In this document: piece after piece, positions 23,088 through 35,754 of the stretch
How positions within the stretch are numbered: position 1 is the first letter of the stretch
Layout of the letters: every line of letters starts with the position of its first letter
Assembly: GCF_006345805.1 (NCBI RefSeq)
Contig: NW_021835310.1
Location: 1-41,251 of the forward strand
Length of the DNA: 41,251 nucleotides
Direction of reading: 5' to 3'
Origin: Octopus sinensis
Taxonomy: Eukaryota
The notes under the pieces: generated by a model
The model's input: only the letters and a program-made list of their open reading frames with translations
Told to the model about the DNA's origin: nothing
Database searches by the model: none
Program-made: the position numbers and the translations under genes

Positions 23088-23559
23088 GTGTGTTGTGTGT
23101 ATATATATATATATACATATATTGACACACACACATACATACATACATACATATACACCCACGTATATTTATATACATATGTTCATCGTCGAACGATGGA
23201 GATTCGCCACTTCTATAATATGAGCGTGTGTCTATACGTATGTATGTGTACATCTATTCATACATACATAAATGTATGAATGTATGTACAGACAGACAGA
23301 CAGACAGACAGACATAGATAGACAGACAGATGGACGGACGGACAGATAGATAGGCAGACAGACGGATGGACAAACAGACAGGCAGACAGATAGACAGATA
23401 AATATAGAGAGATGAATGGATGATTGGATGGATAGATAGATAGCTAGATACATACATATATATGTATGCATCAATATGTATATATGCATATATACATGAT
23501 ATATATGTGTGTGTATATGTGTATGATTGAAAGGGTCTTTCTTTTACTTTATATATATA

Positions 23560-23955
23560 CTAGCAGTATCGGCCGGCGTTGCTCGGGTTTGTAAGGGAAA
23601 TAATTATATAAGCATTTTTAGAGATGTAAAGTATAATAGCCATCTCAATATGGCTAACCACAAAAGGGGCGGTGTTACTGTAGCTTTTTACGTTCTGAGA
23701 TTTAATAATTAATTTTTAGAGAATTACTTCCCTTATATATGCCAAAAATGCATTAAAAATGGGAAAAATTGATGGTAATTTTTTTTTAAATCGTAGACTC
23801 ATCGTAGACGCGCGCTAATACCCAGAAGGGCTCGATATGAATCACGACTATAAGATACCCGGTTTTGGTTAAACTGCACCGCAAAATGTGGGAGTAGTTA
23901 GGAATCTAAATCGTAGGAGACAGACAGCACACAACCTCACTTTTATATATAAAGA
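23560..23955 (-). mobile_element. Non-autonomous Helitron (396 bp)
   Basis: Reverse complement of the 10508-10903 family; TC...CTAG ends in an AT target. Confidence 0.88.
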
Positions 23956-23956
23956 T

Positions 23957-24290
23957 GAGCATGGCTCAGTGGTTAGAGCGTTGGGTTCATAATCATGAGG
24001 TAGTGAATTCGATCCCCGGACCGTGCTTTGTATCGTGTTCTTGAACAAGACACTTTATTTCACGTTGCTCTAGTTCATTCAGCTGTAGAAATGAGTTGCG
24101 ACATCACTGGTGCCAAGCTGTATCGGCCCCTTTGCCTTTCCCTTGGATATCACCAATGGTGTGGAGATGGGAGCCTGATATGTATGGGTTACTGCTAGTC
24201 TTCCCTAAACAACCTTGCCCGGACTTGTTCCTCGGAAGGTAAATTTCTAGGTGCAACCCCATGGTCATTCATGACCCAGAGATCTTTTTT
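23957..24290 (+). mobile_element. tRNA-derived SINE family D
   Basis: A-box tggctcagtggttaga, B-box gaattcgatccc, followed by gtgttcttgaacaagacact (CORE/V-like central segment). Confidence 0.65.
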
Positions 24291-25074
24291 ATAACTTTTA
24301 CACATAGACACCCCCCACACACACACACGCTGCGCATGCACACACACATACGCACGCACATAAATATTTATACGTTGCGCGCTCTCTCATTTGGATGTAT
24401 ATAAAAACCGTCTTATGAAGAATGTTCCACTGTTCTTAGACAATGAAATTTGTCTGTAACAACTGAGCTTCTAGTCCATCATTGTATCTCACGGCCTTAA
24501 TTTTTGAATGAAGTGATTATGTGTTACTACAACATGGGATTACTGCTTCCTAATAATGGCTGCCGGCTTTGAACTGTCAACGGCTTCCTTTCAGTCGACA
24601 GGAGTTCACTAAACTAGTGTTTGTCATTGTGTTATGTTATTGATATTTCTTCTATAATTATTCTTGTAGTTTTACGAAGCAAACTGTATAGGTGATTGTG
24701 CTGTTAACTAATGTTTTCCAGTTAGGTTCTGTTGAATTGAAAATCTACTCCCTACATTCAAACATACCTGGTGTGTTTGTGTATGTGTACAAATGTTTAG
24801 ATTTACATACACCCATATACATATGTTTATACACTCACACACATACATACATACACACATACATACACATACATACATACATACATAGATACACACATAT
24901 AAATATATATAGGAGTAAATGTAAGGACAAGCAAGTTAGGCAAGTCAATGTAAAAAACATGTTACGAGTCCAACAATCTGGGGATTTTGTGGTCCAAAAT
25001 AATGAGTGTAAATTGATTCCGCCATTGGCTAACGGTCAGATTGAAAAAGAAAAAGAAAAAAATTTCTGAAATGC

Positions 25075-25453
25075 TCTCTCTTTTACTTGTTTCAGTCATT
25101 TGACTGCGGCTATGCTGGAGCACCGCCTTTAGTCGAGCAACTCAACCCCGGGACTTATTCTTTTGTAAGCCCAGTACTTATTCTATCGGTCTCTTTTGCC
25201 GAATCGCTAAGTGACGGGGACATAAACACACCGGCATCGGTTGTCAAGCAATGCTAGGGGCACAAACACAGACACACAAATATATACATATATACAACGG
25301 GCTTCTTTCAGTTTCCGTCTACCAAATCCACTCACAAGTCTTTGGTCCACCCGACGCAATAGTAGAAGACACTTGCCAAGATGCCAACGCGGTGGGACTG
25401 AACCCGGAACCATGTGGTTGGTAAGCAAGCTTCTTATCACACAGCCACTCCTG
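25075..25453 (-). mobile_element. Full-length SINE family B
   Basis: Reverse complement of 22165-22590. Confidence 0.9.
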
Positions 25454-25975
25454 CTGTTTAATATATGTGATCGACGCATGAGTAATGAAGAGGAGTGTAA
25501 ATTTGAATGTAAGTATAATATAATTTATTGTGCTTAAATGTCTAAAGTGAAAATTTAATTTGTGATACTCAAATCATACATGGTTCAATACTTGCTTCGA
25601 AACCTTGTAGTTCTATCCCTTGTCAGTTGTATAATCCCTGCTCTCGTCACATTCGGTAAATAATTTTCATTGATAGGCAAGGTGTCGCATATACATTCAG
25701 AAGATAAGAGTTGAAACTATCCGACATTCACAGATTTTCTTGTAAAGGAAATTCGCTTCAATCAAAATTAGACACACTGTTCGTAGAGATATGACGAAGA
25801 CCGTCGTATTTCAAAGGAAATACGAATCTCTCTTTGCCCATTTTACATGCCTATATTTGTCCATATCTATACATAACAGCACTTCAAAGGCTATCAACAC
25901 ATTCCTTCATGCTCTCTCCAAATAAACGACCATCAACAAATCAAATCGTCACATAGTAAATACAACTCGGCCCGG

Positions 25976-26311
25976 TAGAGGCGCAATGGCCCAGTGGTTA
26001 GGGCAGCGGACTCGCGGTCATAGGATCGCGGTTTCGATTCCCAGACCGGGCATTGTGAGTGTTTATTGAGCGAAAACACCTAAAGCTCCACGAGGCTCCG
26101 GCAGGGATGGTGGTGATCCCTGCTGTACTCTTTTACCACAACTTTCTCTCACTCTTACTTCCTGTTTTTGTTGTACCTGTATTTCAAAGGGCCGGCCTTG
26201 TCACTCTCTGTGTCACGCTGAATATCCCCGAGAACTACGTTAAGGGTACACGTGTCTATGGGGTGCTCAACCGGATCCCTCGTCGTCGTAACCGACGGAG
26301 TGCTTCCACCC
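25976..26311 (+). mobile_element. SINE family A, tail type 2, with a 14-bp TSD
   Basis: TSD acaactcggcccgg (25962-25975) / acaacccggcccgg (26312-26325); internal tail deletion. Confidence 0.9.
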
Positions 26312-26470
26312 ACAACCCGGCCCGGCAACCTCCTGTTAGCCAGTCACTATTATTCAATGGTTTCTTCCCTTCCTTCTTACTCGTTTACTACGTGTGCACC
26401 CCCTCCGTTTACCAAGCTGTACAAATCAGTGAGTAAACTTCAAGTTGATGGACCAACCTTCATCAATTAT

Positions 26471-26983
26471 AAAGTACCTATTTCTTTATTACCCCCAGGG
26501 GCTAAACACAGAGGGGACAAACATGGACAGACATAGTGCGTAACTGGTACTTAATTCATCGACGCCCGAAAGGATGAAAGGCAAAGTCGACCTCGTCGGA
26601 ATTTGATCTCACAACGTAACGGCAGATGAAATACGTTGTGAGTTCAAATTCCGCCGAGGTCGACTTTGCCTTTCATCCTTTCGGGGTCGATAAATTAAGT
26701 ACCCGTTACGCACTGGGTCGATGTAATCGACTTATACCTATGTCGTCCATGTTTGTCCCTCTGTGTGTTAGCCCCCTGTGGATAATAAAGAAATAGGTAT
26801 TTCTCTGCCATTACGTCTGAGTTAAAATTCCGCCGAGATGTTCTGCCTTTCATCCTTTCGGGGTCGATAAATTAAGTACCAGTTACGCACTGGGGTCGAT
26901 GTAATCGACTTAATACCTATGTCTGTCCATGTTTGTCCCCTCTGTGTTTAGCTCCCTGTGGGTAATAAAGAAATAGGTACTTT
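26471..26983. mobile_element. Headless SINE-C cluster: inverted pair plus a tandem copy
   Basis: Minus copy 26471-26632, plus copies 26633-26800 and about 26800-26983. Confidence 0.85.
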
Positions 26984-27345
26984 CTTTATAATGGAAGCTC
27001 ATAACAAACAATGTAGTCCCCAATATAAAACACACACAGGACGTATTAATAGCTGAATTACTTTTGATCCGGGGCCTGCTCGATCAGGGATAATCATCGG
27101 AGGCTGAGGAAACAACAAAAACTATGCGCAAATTGACGAATGTTTTTTTTAAATTTTTTACATCGATTTCGAGACCACCTTTGGCTCAATATCACATTGA
27201 CTGTGGGAGTGATTAGCCAATTAAATTTGTCACAGTATTTACATGGATTTATTTTATCGACTTTCGAAGAGTTCAAAGAGACTCGTATGCTCAAATGACT
27301 AAATACTGCAGGAAATCCTTCTCTCGTGTGCTATCGATCCTGACA

Positions 27346-27422
<77 letters not shown>

Positions 27423-27801
27423 CAAGTGTGCGTATGTGTTTATATGTTAGTGTGTCTGTATATGAACATATATATATATACATTCATATATATATATATA
27501 TAATATATATATATGAATGTGTGTAAGCATGTATGTTCGTGTGTGTGTGTAGTTACGTGTATACGTCTATACATGTGTATGTGTGCGCGCGCACTGAAGG
27601 AGGGGGAGAACGATAAATGAAACAGACTTCCTTCATAGATATATATATATATAAGTGTATAGGAATCCTGCTATAAAAATTTATATATACATGCTTATAC
27701 GTATTCATCCGTATGCTTTATTTTAGTCATATACATACATACATACATACATACATACATAAATAATACATAAATACATACATACATATATCTTTATATA
27801 C

Positions 27802-27885
<84 letters not shown>

Positions 27886-28085
27886 ATTATATATATGTGC
27901 ACACACATGTGTGTGTAGGTGTGCGTGCGTGCATGTATGTGTATGTGTGTATGCGTGCGTGTGTATCTATGTGAGCATAATCAAAAGTTAAATGATAAAC
28001 TAAAATATATACACATACATATACTGTACCTTGTTTTCTAAATTAAATACAAAAGAAACAAAACATCAAAGAAAAAAAGACAACG

Positions 28086-28575
28086 AATACAATGAAAAGA
28101 AAAAAACAAAAAAATAATTAAATAATAATAACAATAACAATAATAATAATAATAATAATAATAACAGTAATATAATAATAATAATAACGATAACAATAAT
28201 ATAATAATAAGAAGAAGAAGAAGAAGAATAACAATAACATAATAATAATAATAGAAGAAGAAGAGAAGAATAACAATAACAATAATATAATAATAATAAA
28301 AGAAGGAAGAGAAGAAGAATACCATAACAATAATAATAAGAGAAGAAGAAGAAGAAGAAGAATACCATAACATAATAAAATAATAATATTAATAATAATA
28401 ATAATAATAAATAATATTAATAAAAATATAATATAATAATAATAATAATAATGATGATGATGATGATGATAATATGATAATAATAATAATAATGATAATA
28501 ATAATGATAATGATAATGATAATAATGATAATAATAATAATAATAATAAAAAGAAGAAGAACAACAACAACAACA
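28086..28575 (+). repeat. Compound (AAT)n/(AAG)n/(GAT)n/(AAC)n trinucleotide tract
   Basis: Directly visible. Confidence 0.95.
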
Positions 28576-28961
28576 AATCAATGGATAGTACCAAACAAAA
28601 GGAAAAAAATAAACTCTCCTCCATTTTCCGGTACGGATTCGTGAAATCTGAAAATAGAGATTATAGAAAATTTAATGGTAATTCGCCATTTTTCTTGAAC
28701 GATTGCTTTCTGCACTTTTGTTAATTTCATTAATGCAGCCATCCTAAAAATACTAACTATTAGGAGATAATATAATTTAAATCCCTGTACAGGCAGGCAG
28801 ACTATCAGAGCCTTATTTCTTTCTTCTTCCATCTGATATTTTACATGCATATAAGAACACACACACACACACACACACATACTACATATATACATATATA
28901 TATGTGTGTATAAATAGTTATATATATATATACATATATGTGTATAAATATTTATATATAC

Positions 28962-28993
<32 letters not shown>

Positions 28994-29015
28994 ATATATA
29001 TAGATAGATAGATAG

Positions 29016-29057
<42 letters not shown>

Positions 29058-29267
29058 TAGAGAGAGACCCAACACACCACACACACATATATATATATAT
29101 ACATATATATACATGCTTATATGTAATATATGTAGAAATATTCATATATATATATGTATACATATATATATTTATATATATATATATAAATACTTATATG
29201 TATATATGTATATTTATATATATATACAGACATACACGTATATATGTGTATATATATGTATGTACAC

Positions 29268-29298
<31 letters not shown>

Positions 29299-29303
29299 TT
29301 ATG

Positions 29304-29337
<34 letters not shown>

Positions 29338-30073
29338 TGTATATATATTCTCCATTGTAAATTGATAAAACTGAATTAGGGAAAGAGAATAATACAATAA
29401 ATAGAAAGTAATGTGATGAACAAAACAATGAAATTTAAACGAAAAAAAAAAACGAAGTTAAAAGAATCGTTGCTGGCTGTTTGTAATATGAGAAGGGAGG
29501 AAACTGAAGGTCGCCGTGTTCGTGTTGAGTAAACACTGGCGTCTGCGCATATGCAAGTGTGTCTGCAATATGTGTCTACGTACTTTAGCGTTTGTGTATG
29601 TAGGTATGTCTGTGTGCTTGTCAAGAAGTGTAAGGTTATGTTTGCGCATAGGTGGTCGTGTGCATTATGTGTACGTATGTGCGTGCGTAGGAGTGTATGT
29701 GTTTATATTCAAGTGTGCGTGGAAATATCTTGTGTGCACATCGTGTGTAACTATATATGTGCATGTGTGAGTGTGCATATTTTATGTATGCATACATATA
29801 TATATATATATATATATACGTATATACATTATATATATATGTAGTATATATATATATATATTATATATATATATATATGTATATATAATATATGTATGTT
29901 ATACATATGTATATGTGTAATGTATATTATATGTATATAATATATATCTATATTATATATAATATATATATATATACGTATATACATTCATATATATATA
30001 TGTATGTATATATTAATATATATATATATATGTATATAATATATATGTATGTATACATATGTATATGTGTATA

Positions 30074-30118
<45 letters not shown>

Positions 30119-30838
30119 TGTGTGTGTGCAAGTGTGCGGACATGTGTGTTTGGGAGTCTGTGTATTTTTGCTTGTAAGGGATATGTGACAGTCAACCTAT
30201 GTGTATGTGTGATACTATCTAGTGTGTATGTGTTGAAGTGCACATGTGTGTGTGTAAGAAGGAGAGAGAGAGAGAAAGCGAAAGAGAGAGTCAGACAGAA
30301 GAAGAGAGAAAGAGCAAAGGCGGGAAGAAGAGGAGGACTGCGTCTGCGTTTGTGTGTGTGTGAGTAAGGAGAAGTGCGTGTGTGTGTATGTAGAACTTAA
30401 TGTGTGCGTATGAGCGAAACTGTGTGAGTGTGTGTGGAGTTTAGTATAAAAGTGCGCATGAGAATGTATTAATATACGTCTCTACGAATATGTTAATATA
30501 ACAATGAATCGTGTATGTCAATGCATACACACATACACACATATATATATACATACGCGTGTATGTATATACGTACATGCATATATACATATATGCATGT
30601 ACGTATATATGTTTGTATGTATGCATGCATGTATGTATAAGCGTGTGGGTATATATATATATATATATGTATATTTACGTGTATATATATCTATGCATAT
30701 ATATATATATGTGTGTGTGTCTGGGTGGGTGGGTGTATATATATGTACACACAGCAGGAGGGAGAGAATGATAGATGAAACAGACATCGTGTGAGCAATC
30801 ATCTAAAAGTTTTTTGTGCATTTTGATGTTGACATAAG

Positions 30839-30937
30839 TTCCTTGCTTTTCCTGATGAGAAAGCGGCATAATGTACTCCTCATTCCTTCGTAATTAGGAA
30901 TATGCAGCCTTCGAAACTTATGTCGAAAATAAAGGAA
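30839..30937 (+). ncRNA. Type I hammerhead ribozyme, family 2
   Basis: ttccttgcttttc CTGATGA gaaagc...gccttc GAAA c-ttat-g TC | gaaaataaaggaa. One stem II mismatch and a broken stem III palindrome; predicted cleavage after 30924. Confidence 0.75.
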
Positions 30938-31041
30938 TTTTGTTAATTCGTCGTTCAGCTCCATTCTTTCATATATATATATATATATATATGCATATTT
31001 TAGGCAAAAAATGTATATATACTTTCATGAAGATAAATGGG

Positions 31042-31224
31042 ATCTATTCAATTTGACGGCCAGATTTTTTAATTAACACGAAATAACTTCTAAAATACAA
31101 AGTCGTATCAAAAATGTCACGAGTAAACCCTGTTCTAAGTGACACATTCGTTTAGTATCCGAAGTTTCAAATGTGTCTAGTTAAAAAATTAATTTAAAAA
31201 ATTTGGCCGTCAAATTGAATAGAT
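31042..31224. mobile_element. MITE with 29-bp TIRs
   Basis: atctattcaatttgacggccagatttttt ... aaaaaatttggccgtcaaattgaatagat (one mismatch). Confidence 0.85.
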
Positions 31225-31334
31225 GAAATAAATGTATAACTATAGAAAGGAACGTAGCTATGCATATCTCTACACACCTGAAGGCATATAATCAATTAAT
31301 CAATGTGAGTGAGTTTCACAATTTGAGTTGAGTA

Positions 31335-31872
31335 TTGGGGTGTCCGGAAAGTTCGTGAACGATTTTAGAACATGATCGAGTCCATAAAATAGGATTTTAC
31401 TACACCTCCATTTAGAGCACAGTTCAAGCTATCTTTTCGTGGAAGAAGGTTTATGTTCCTATAACCTGTGTTAATTCTGTAACCCTTTAAAATGGAAGAT
31501 AATAAATTTCATTTTCGGCACTTGATGCTTTGGGAACCAGACAAAAATTGCTGCAGCTCGGCTAGGATGTGTTACCCCACCCTCCATATTCACCAGATAT
31601 TGCTCCTTCGGATTTCCACTTATTCAGGTCTCTGCAGAATAGTCTTAATGGTAAAAATTTCATTTCCTTGGATGAAGTAAAAAGATACTTTGATGAATTC
31701 TTTGCCATGAAAACCAGCTCAGTTCTGGGAAGAGGGTATTTTCAAATTAAAGGAAAGATGGAGACGCATTGTGCAACAAAATGGTTCATATTTGGTTGAT
31801 TAATAATGTAACGGCAAGTATTTATTGACTTTTTTCTTTCCTTTAAAAATCGGCATGAACTTTCCGGACAAT
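31335..31872 (+). mobile_element. Mariner (DD34D) internal-deletion derivative
   Basis: TA|TTGGGGTGTCCGGAAAGTTC...GAACTTTCCGGACA TIRs; N-terminal MEDNKFHFRHLMLWE joined to C-terminal LPHPPYSPDIAPSDFHLFRSLQNSL. Confidence 0.9.
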
Positions 31873-31908
31873 TCACTCTGTTCTTGTAAATATGTGTCCA
31901 TGTTTATA

Positions 31909-32445
31909 CAGGGTGTGGACGGTATTCGCTCGCAATTTTCACCTTCTAGTTTTGCACATACCATTTTTTTCCCCTTCTTTTCGTTGTTGGTCTTTATCTT
32001 GTTAAAAACAATAACCATTTTTGCTTCATCTTTTTGCGAAATAATTGTCTAGAGAAATTTCTGGAAGGGGTATAGATAGAGTCTTTGTGGATCTGCGCAG
32101 ATAGAACAAACAAGATTTTAGACTCCCTCGTCGCCAGCAGAAAGTATGGTAGAAAAGGTCAGAAAGAAGTTGGAAGATACAGGACTCAACGAAGAAGCGA
32201 CGACAGCAGAGAGGAAAATCCATGTCGCTGAAATCCAGGAGACCATCAACAATGATCGCAGCAAATCAATGCGTGCCATTGCACAGAAGAAAGGTGCGGA
32301 TGAAAAGCTAAAGTTGGTAGTGCATGAGGACATTTGCAACTTTTCATACAAAATGAGGAAGGGACAATTTTTGTCCAAGGCGATGCAGGATAAGCGGCTC
32401 AAACACACCAAGAAGCTGACCATGTTTGCAGTCTTCTTTAAATGA
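31909..32445 (+). mobile_element. 5' half of a maT-like Tc1/mariner element
   Basis: TA|CAGGGTG start; ORF 32146-32445 has SMRAIA..VVHEDI..FSYKMRKGQFLS.AM.DKR (N-terminal DNA-binding region). Confidence 0.7.
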
Positions 32446-32519
32446 CGGTGAATCTTTTTAATATTTAACTTTCTGTTAGTTTTCCTATTGTACGCTGTAT
32501 ATGTATGCATGCATCTATG

Positions 32520-32551
<32 letters not shown>

Positions 32552-32872
32552 TGTACGTGAATATATATATAGCTATATACATATATTTATGTGTATGTGT
32601 GCATGTATGTATATACCTGAATACACATATATATATATATATATAAGTAGTTGAATGAATTATCTTATCAAGGATAATTCGGTTAACCGATACCTGGGTA
32701 GCAAATTCACGTCAGAAAAACACGGTTGAAGCTAGATGCCTAGGGCAGAGATCACGTGCTTTCGTGTGGAAATTTGTGTTTTTTCAAATACAAATAAATG
32801 AAAGAATTATCGCTATGGGCTCCGTGTGCGCAGTCATCTAAATGTTTTTGTGCATCTTGATGCTGACATAAG

Positions 32873-32971
32873 TTCCTTGTTTTTCCTGATGAGAAGGCGG
32901 CATAATGCACCCCTTATTCCTTCGAAATTAGGAATATGCAGCCTTCGAAACATATGTCGAAAATAAAGGAA
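32873..32971 (+). ncRNA. Type I hammerhead ribozyme, family 2, best-preserved copy
   Basis: ttccttgtttttc CTGATGA gaaggc-g-gcata...tatgc-a-gccttc GAAA c-atat-g TC | gaaaataaaggaa. ACATATGT is a palindrome; stem I has 11 pairs around a 2x2 internal loop; predicted cleavage after 32958. Confidence 0.85.
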
Positions 32972-33004
32972 TTTTGTTAATTCGTCGTTCAACTCCATTC
33001 TTTC

Positions 33005-33041
<37 letters not shown>

Positions 33042-33321
33042 TGTATGTATGTATGTATGTATGTATGTATGTATGTATGTATGTATACACACACACATAT
33101 ACACACATTTTATTATTAAAAATCTTATTTGCTTGAGATTATTTTTTGTTTGTTTTCTTTGTTTTCTTTTTGCTTTAAACAAATCCCTGTTCGGAAAATC
33201 GTTTTTTCTTTGGATCAACAGTAAACAAAAACAAAAAAAAACAGAAACTAATCTTTCAGTGTTATTTTTCAAAGGTGAATGACATTTAGTTACGTCACTC
33301 TAGTCACACTATCAGAAAAAA

Positions 33322-33354
<33 letters not shown>

Positions 33355-33440
33355 GTTATTATTATTATTATTATTAATATTTTATTTTTATTATTATTAT
33401 TTTATTTTTATTATTATTATTTTATTTTTATTATTATTAA

Positions 33441-33486
<46 letters not shown>

Positions 33487-33574
33487 GTTATTATTATTAT
33501 TATTAATATTTTATTTTTATTATTATTATTTTATTTTTATTATTATTATTTTATTTTTATTATTATTATTATTA

Positions 33575-33609
<35 letters not shown>

Positions 33610-33610
33610 T
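33322..33610 (+). repeat. (ATT)n tract with higher-order duplication
   Basis: The aatattttatttttattattatt block recurs at about 130 bp spacing. Confidence 0.9.
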
Positions 33611-33930
33611 TATTTTTACTTTTTGTTTTGCTTGTTTATTACCTCCGCCTTAGCGAAATCGGAGGTATTGTTTTCAGTCGTGTTTATGAAATAACAACCC
33701 AAACAATTATAACTTCCTACTTAATTCTTGTTGTTAGCAGAATCGTTACAAATTCGGAAAATAGCTTGTTCCGGCGCTTAATATTCTCTGTTCAAATCCC
33801 GTTACTGTTTTCATAGCCTTCCATGTTTTAGGGATAAATAAAATAAAGTACAAGTCAAGTACATGGGATGGTGGTATCGACTATGCGTCTACGCGCAAAA
33901 CTGTTGGCCCTGTATCTAAACTAGAAACCA

Positions 33931-34496
33931 GAGGCGCAATGACCCAGTGGTTAGGGCAGCGGACTCGCCGTCGTAGGATCGCGGTTTCGATTCCCAGACC
34001 GGGTGTTGTGAGTGTTTATTGAGCGAAAACATCTAAAGCTCCACGAGGCTCCGGCAGGGATGGTGGTGATCCTTGCTGTACTCTGGTATTGCCATCTACT
34101 CGCAATACCAGAGGGCACACACTCTCCTACCCTGATGTAATCTCCAGGGATACAGGCATCCAGCAACAGGACCTCCGTAATGCCATGATGGACCGTGAAG
34201 TCTGGCGCAGCATGGTAAATTCCATTGTCTCGACCACGGTCGAACAATGATGTTGATGATGTACTCTTTCACCACAACTTTCTCTCACTCTTACTTCCTG
34301 TTTCTGTTGTACCTGTATTTCAAAGGGCCGGCCTTGTCACTCTCTGTGTCATGCTGAATATCCCCGAGAACTACGTTAAGGGTACACGTGTCTGTGGAGT
34401 GTTCAGCCACTTACGCGTGAATTTCACGAGCAGGCTGTTCCGTTGATCGGATCAACCGGAACCCTCGTCGTCGTAACCGACGGAGTGCTTCTCTCT
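33931..34496 (+). mobile_element. SINE family A, tail type 2, with a 14-bp TSD and a nested LINE fragment
   Basis: TSD taaactagaaacca at 33917-33930 and 34497-34510. Confidence 0.92.
34085..34260 (+). mobile_element. 176-bp 3' end of a second RTE-like LINE inserted into the SINE
   Basis: Encodes PSTRNTRGHTLSYPDVISRDTGIQQQDLRNAMMDREVWRSMV; (TGA)n-type tail; TSD gtactct at 34078-34084 and 34261-34267. Confidence 0.85.
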
Positions 34497-34667
34497 TAAA
34501 CTAGAAACCATTATTATTTTTTACTATAATTGATTTTGTAGAATCTAATAACAAATATCATAGAGTGGTCGGAGAAATCCAGTGATATTAAGTCGTAGGA
34601 CAAATCTAATGGCTTTAAAACGTCGGTCAAATTGCTTAGAAGCATTTCTTCCGGCTTTTATATTTTA

Positions 34668-35068
34668 CTAGCAGTATCGCCCGGCGTTGCTCGGGTTTGT
34701 AAGGGAAATAACTATATAAGCATTTTTAGAGATGTAAAGTATAATAGCCATCTCAATATGGCTAACCACAAAGGGGGTGGTGTTACTGTAGCTTTTTACG
34801 TTCTGAGATTTAATAATACATTTTTAGAGAGTTACTTCCCTTATATAATAGCAAAAAAAATTGCATTAAAAATGGGAAAAAATGATGGTAATTTTTTTTT
34901 AAATCGTAGACTCATCGTAGACGCGCGCTAATACCCAGAAGGGCTCGATATGAATCACGACTATAAGATACCCGCTTTTGGTTACACTGCACCGCAAAAT
35001 GTGGGAGTAGTTAGGAATCTAAATCGTAGGAGACAGACAGCACACAACCTCACTTTTATATATAAAGA
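34668..35068 (-). mobile_element. Non-autonomous Helitron (401 bp)
   Basis: Same family and termini as 23560-23955. Confidence 0.88.
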
Positions 35069-35181
35069 TAACAGAAGGGCAACTTCGTATGTCAAATTGT
35101 CAGAAGGCGGCGAAAACAAAAGCAAAAAAGAACAAGAGCACTCAGAGAATGCAAACCCCCGCCAAGGCAACACCAACGTCC

Positions 35182-35612
35182 GTGGAGGCGCAATGGCCCA
35201 GTGGTTAGGGCAGCGGACTCGCGATTGTAAAAACGCGGTTTCGATTCCCAGAACAGGCATTGTGAGTGTTTATTGAGCAAAAACACCTAAGTTCCACGAG
35301 GCTCCAGCCGAGAAGTGGGGGTGTACTCTTTCCCCACAACTTTCTCTCACTCTTTCTTCCTACTTCTGCCACAAAGTAGAGGAACCATGGTGTAGCCCAC
35401 TATGATGTGGTAAACTTTCAAAACCTAGTCTAGATTGCGAATCTTCTGTACCCCAGGATGGTTCAGCTCTCCGCCCGTCAAAAGCCACCGTTTGCGGAAT
35501 GAGGATAACAACGTTGAAGAAGAAGAAGAAGAAGAAGAAGAAGAGAAGAAGAAGAAGAAGAAGAAGAAAAGAAGAAGAAGAAGAAGAAGAGAAGAAGAAG
35601 AAGAAGAAGAAG
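35182..35612 (+). mobile_element. SINE family A head and body (to about 35362) followed by a different 3' segment ending in (GAA)n
   Basis: Head and body match family A up to tctcactctttcttcct; the downstream sequence is unrelated to tails 1 and 2. Confidence 0.6.
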
Positions 35613-35754
35613 ACACCAACATTCATCTCAATAATTAGCCAGAGATGATTTTTTAAAGTGAGAATATCTGAAATAAACTCGACTGCTCTCACAAACGTGA
35701 TTACTAAAAATGAACCCGACTGCTTTCAAATATTAAACGAAAAAAGAACAAGAA

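Noticed and set aside
25976-26050. tRNA gene candidates at SINE heads (also 33931, 35182, 23957)
   Set aside because: They continue into SINE bodies, have TSDs, and lack a complete acceptor stem; they are tRNA-derived, not tRNA genes.
28038-30869. Many 60-170 aa ORFs rich in Y/I/C/V/L
   Set aside because: Translations of (TA)n, (TG)n and (AAT)n microsatellites.
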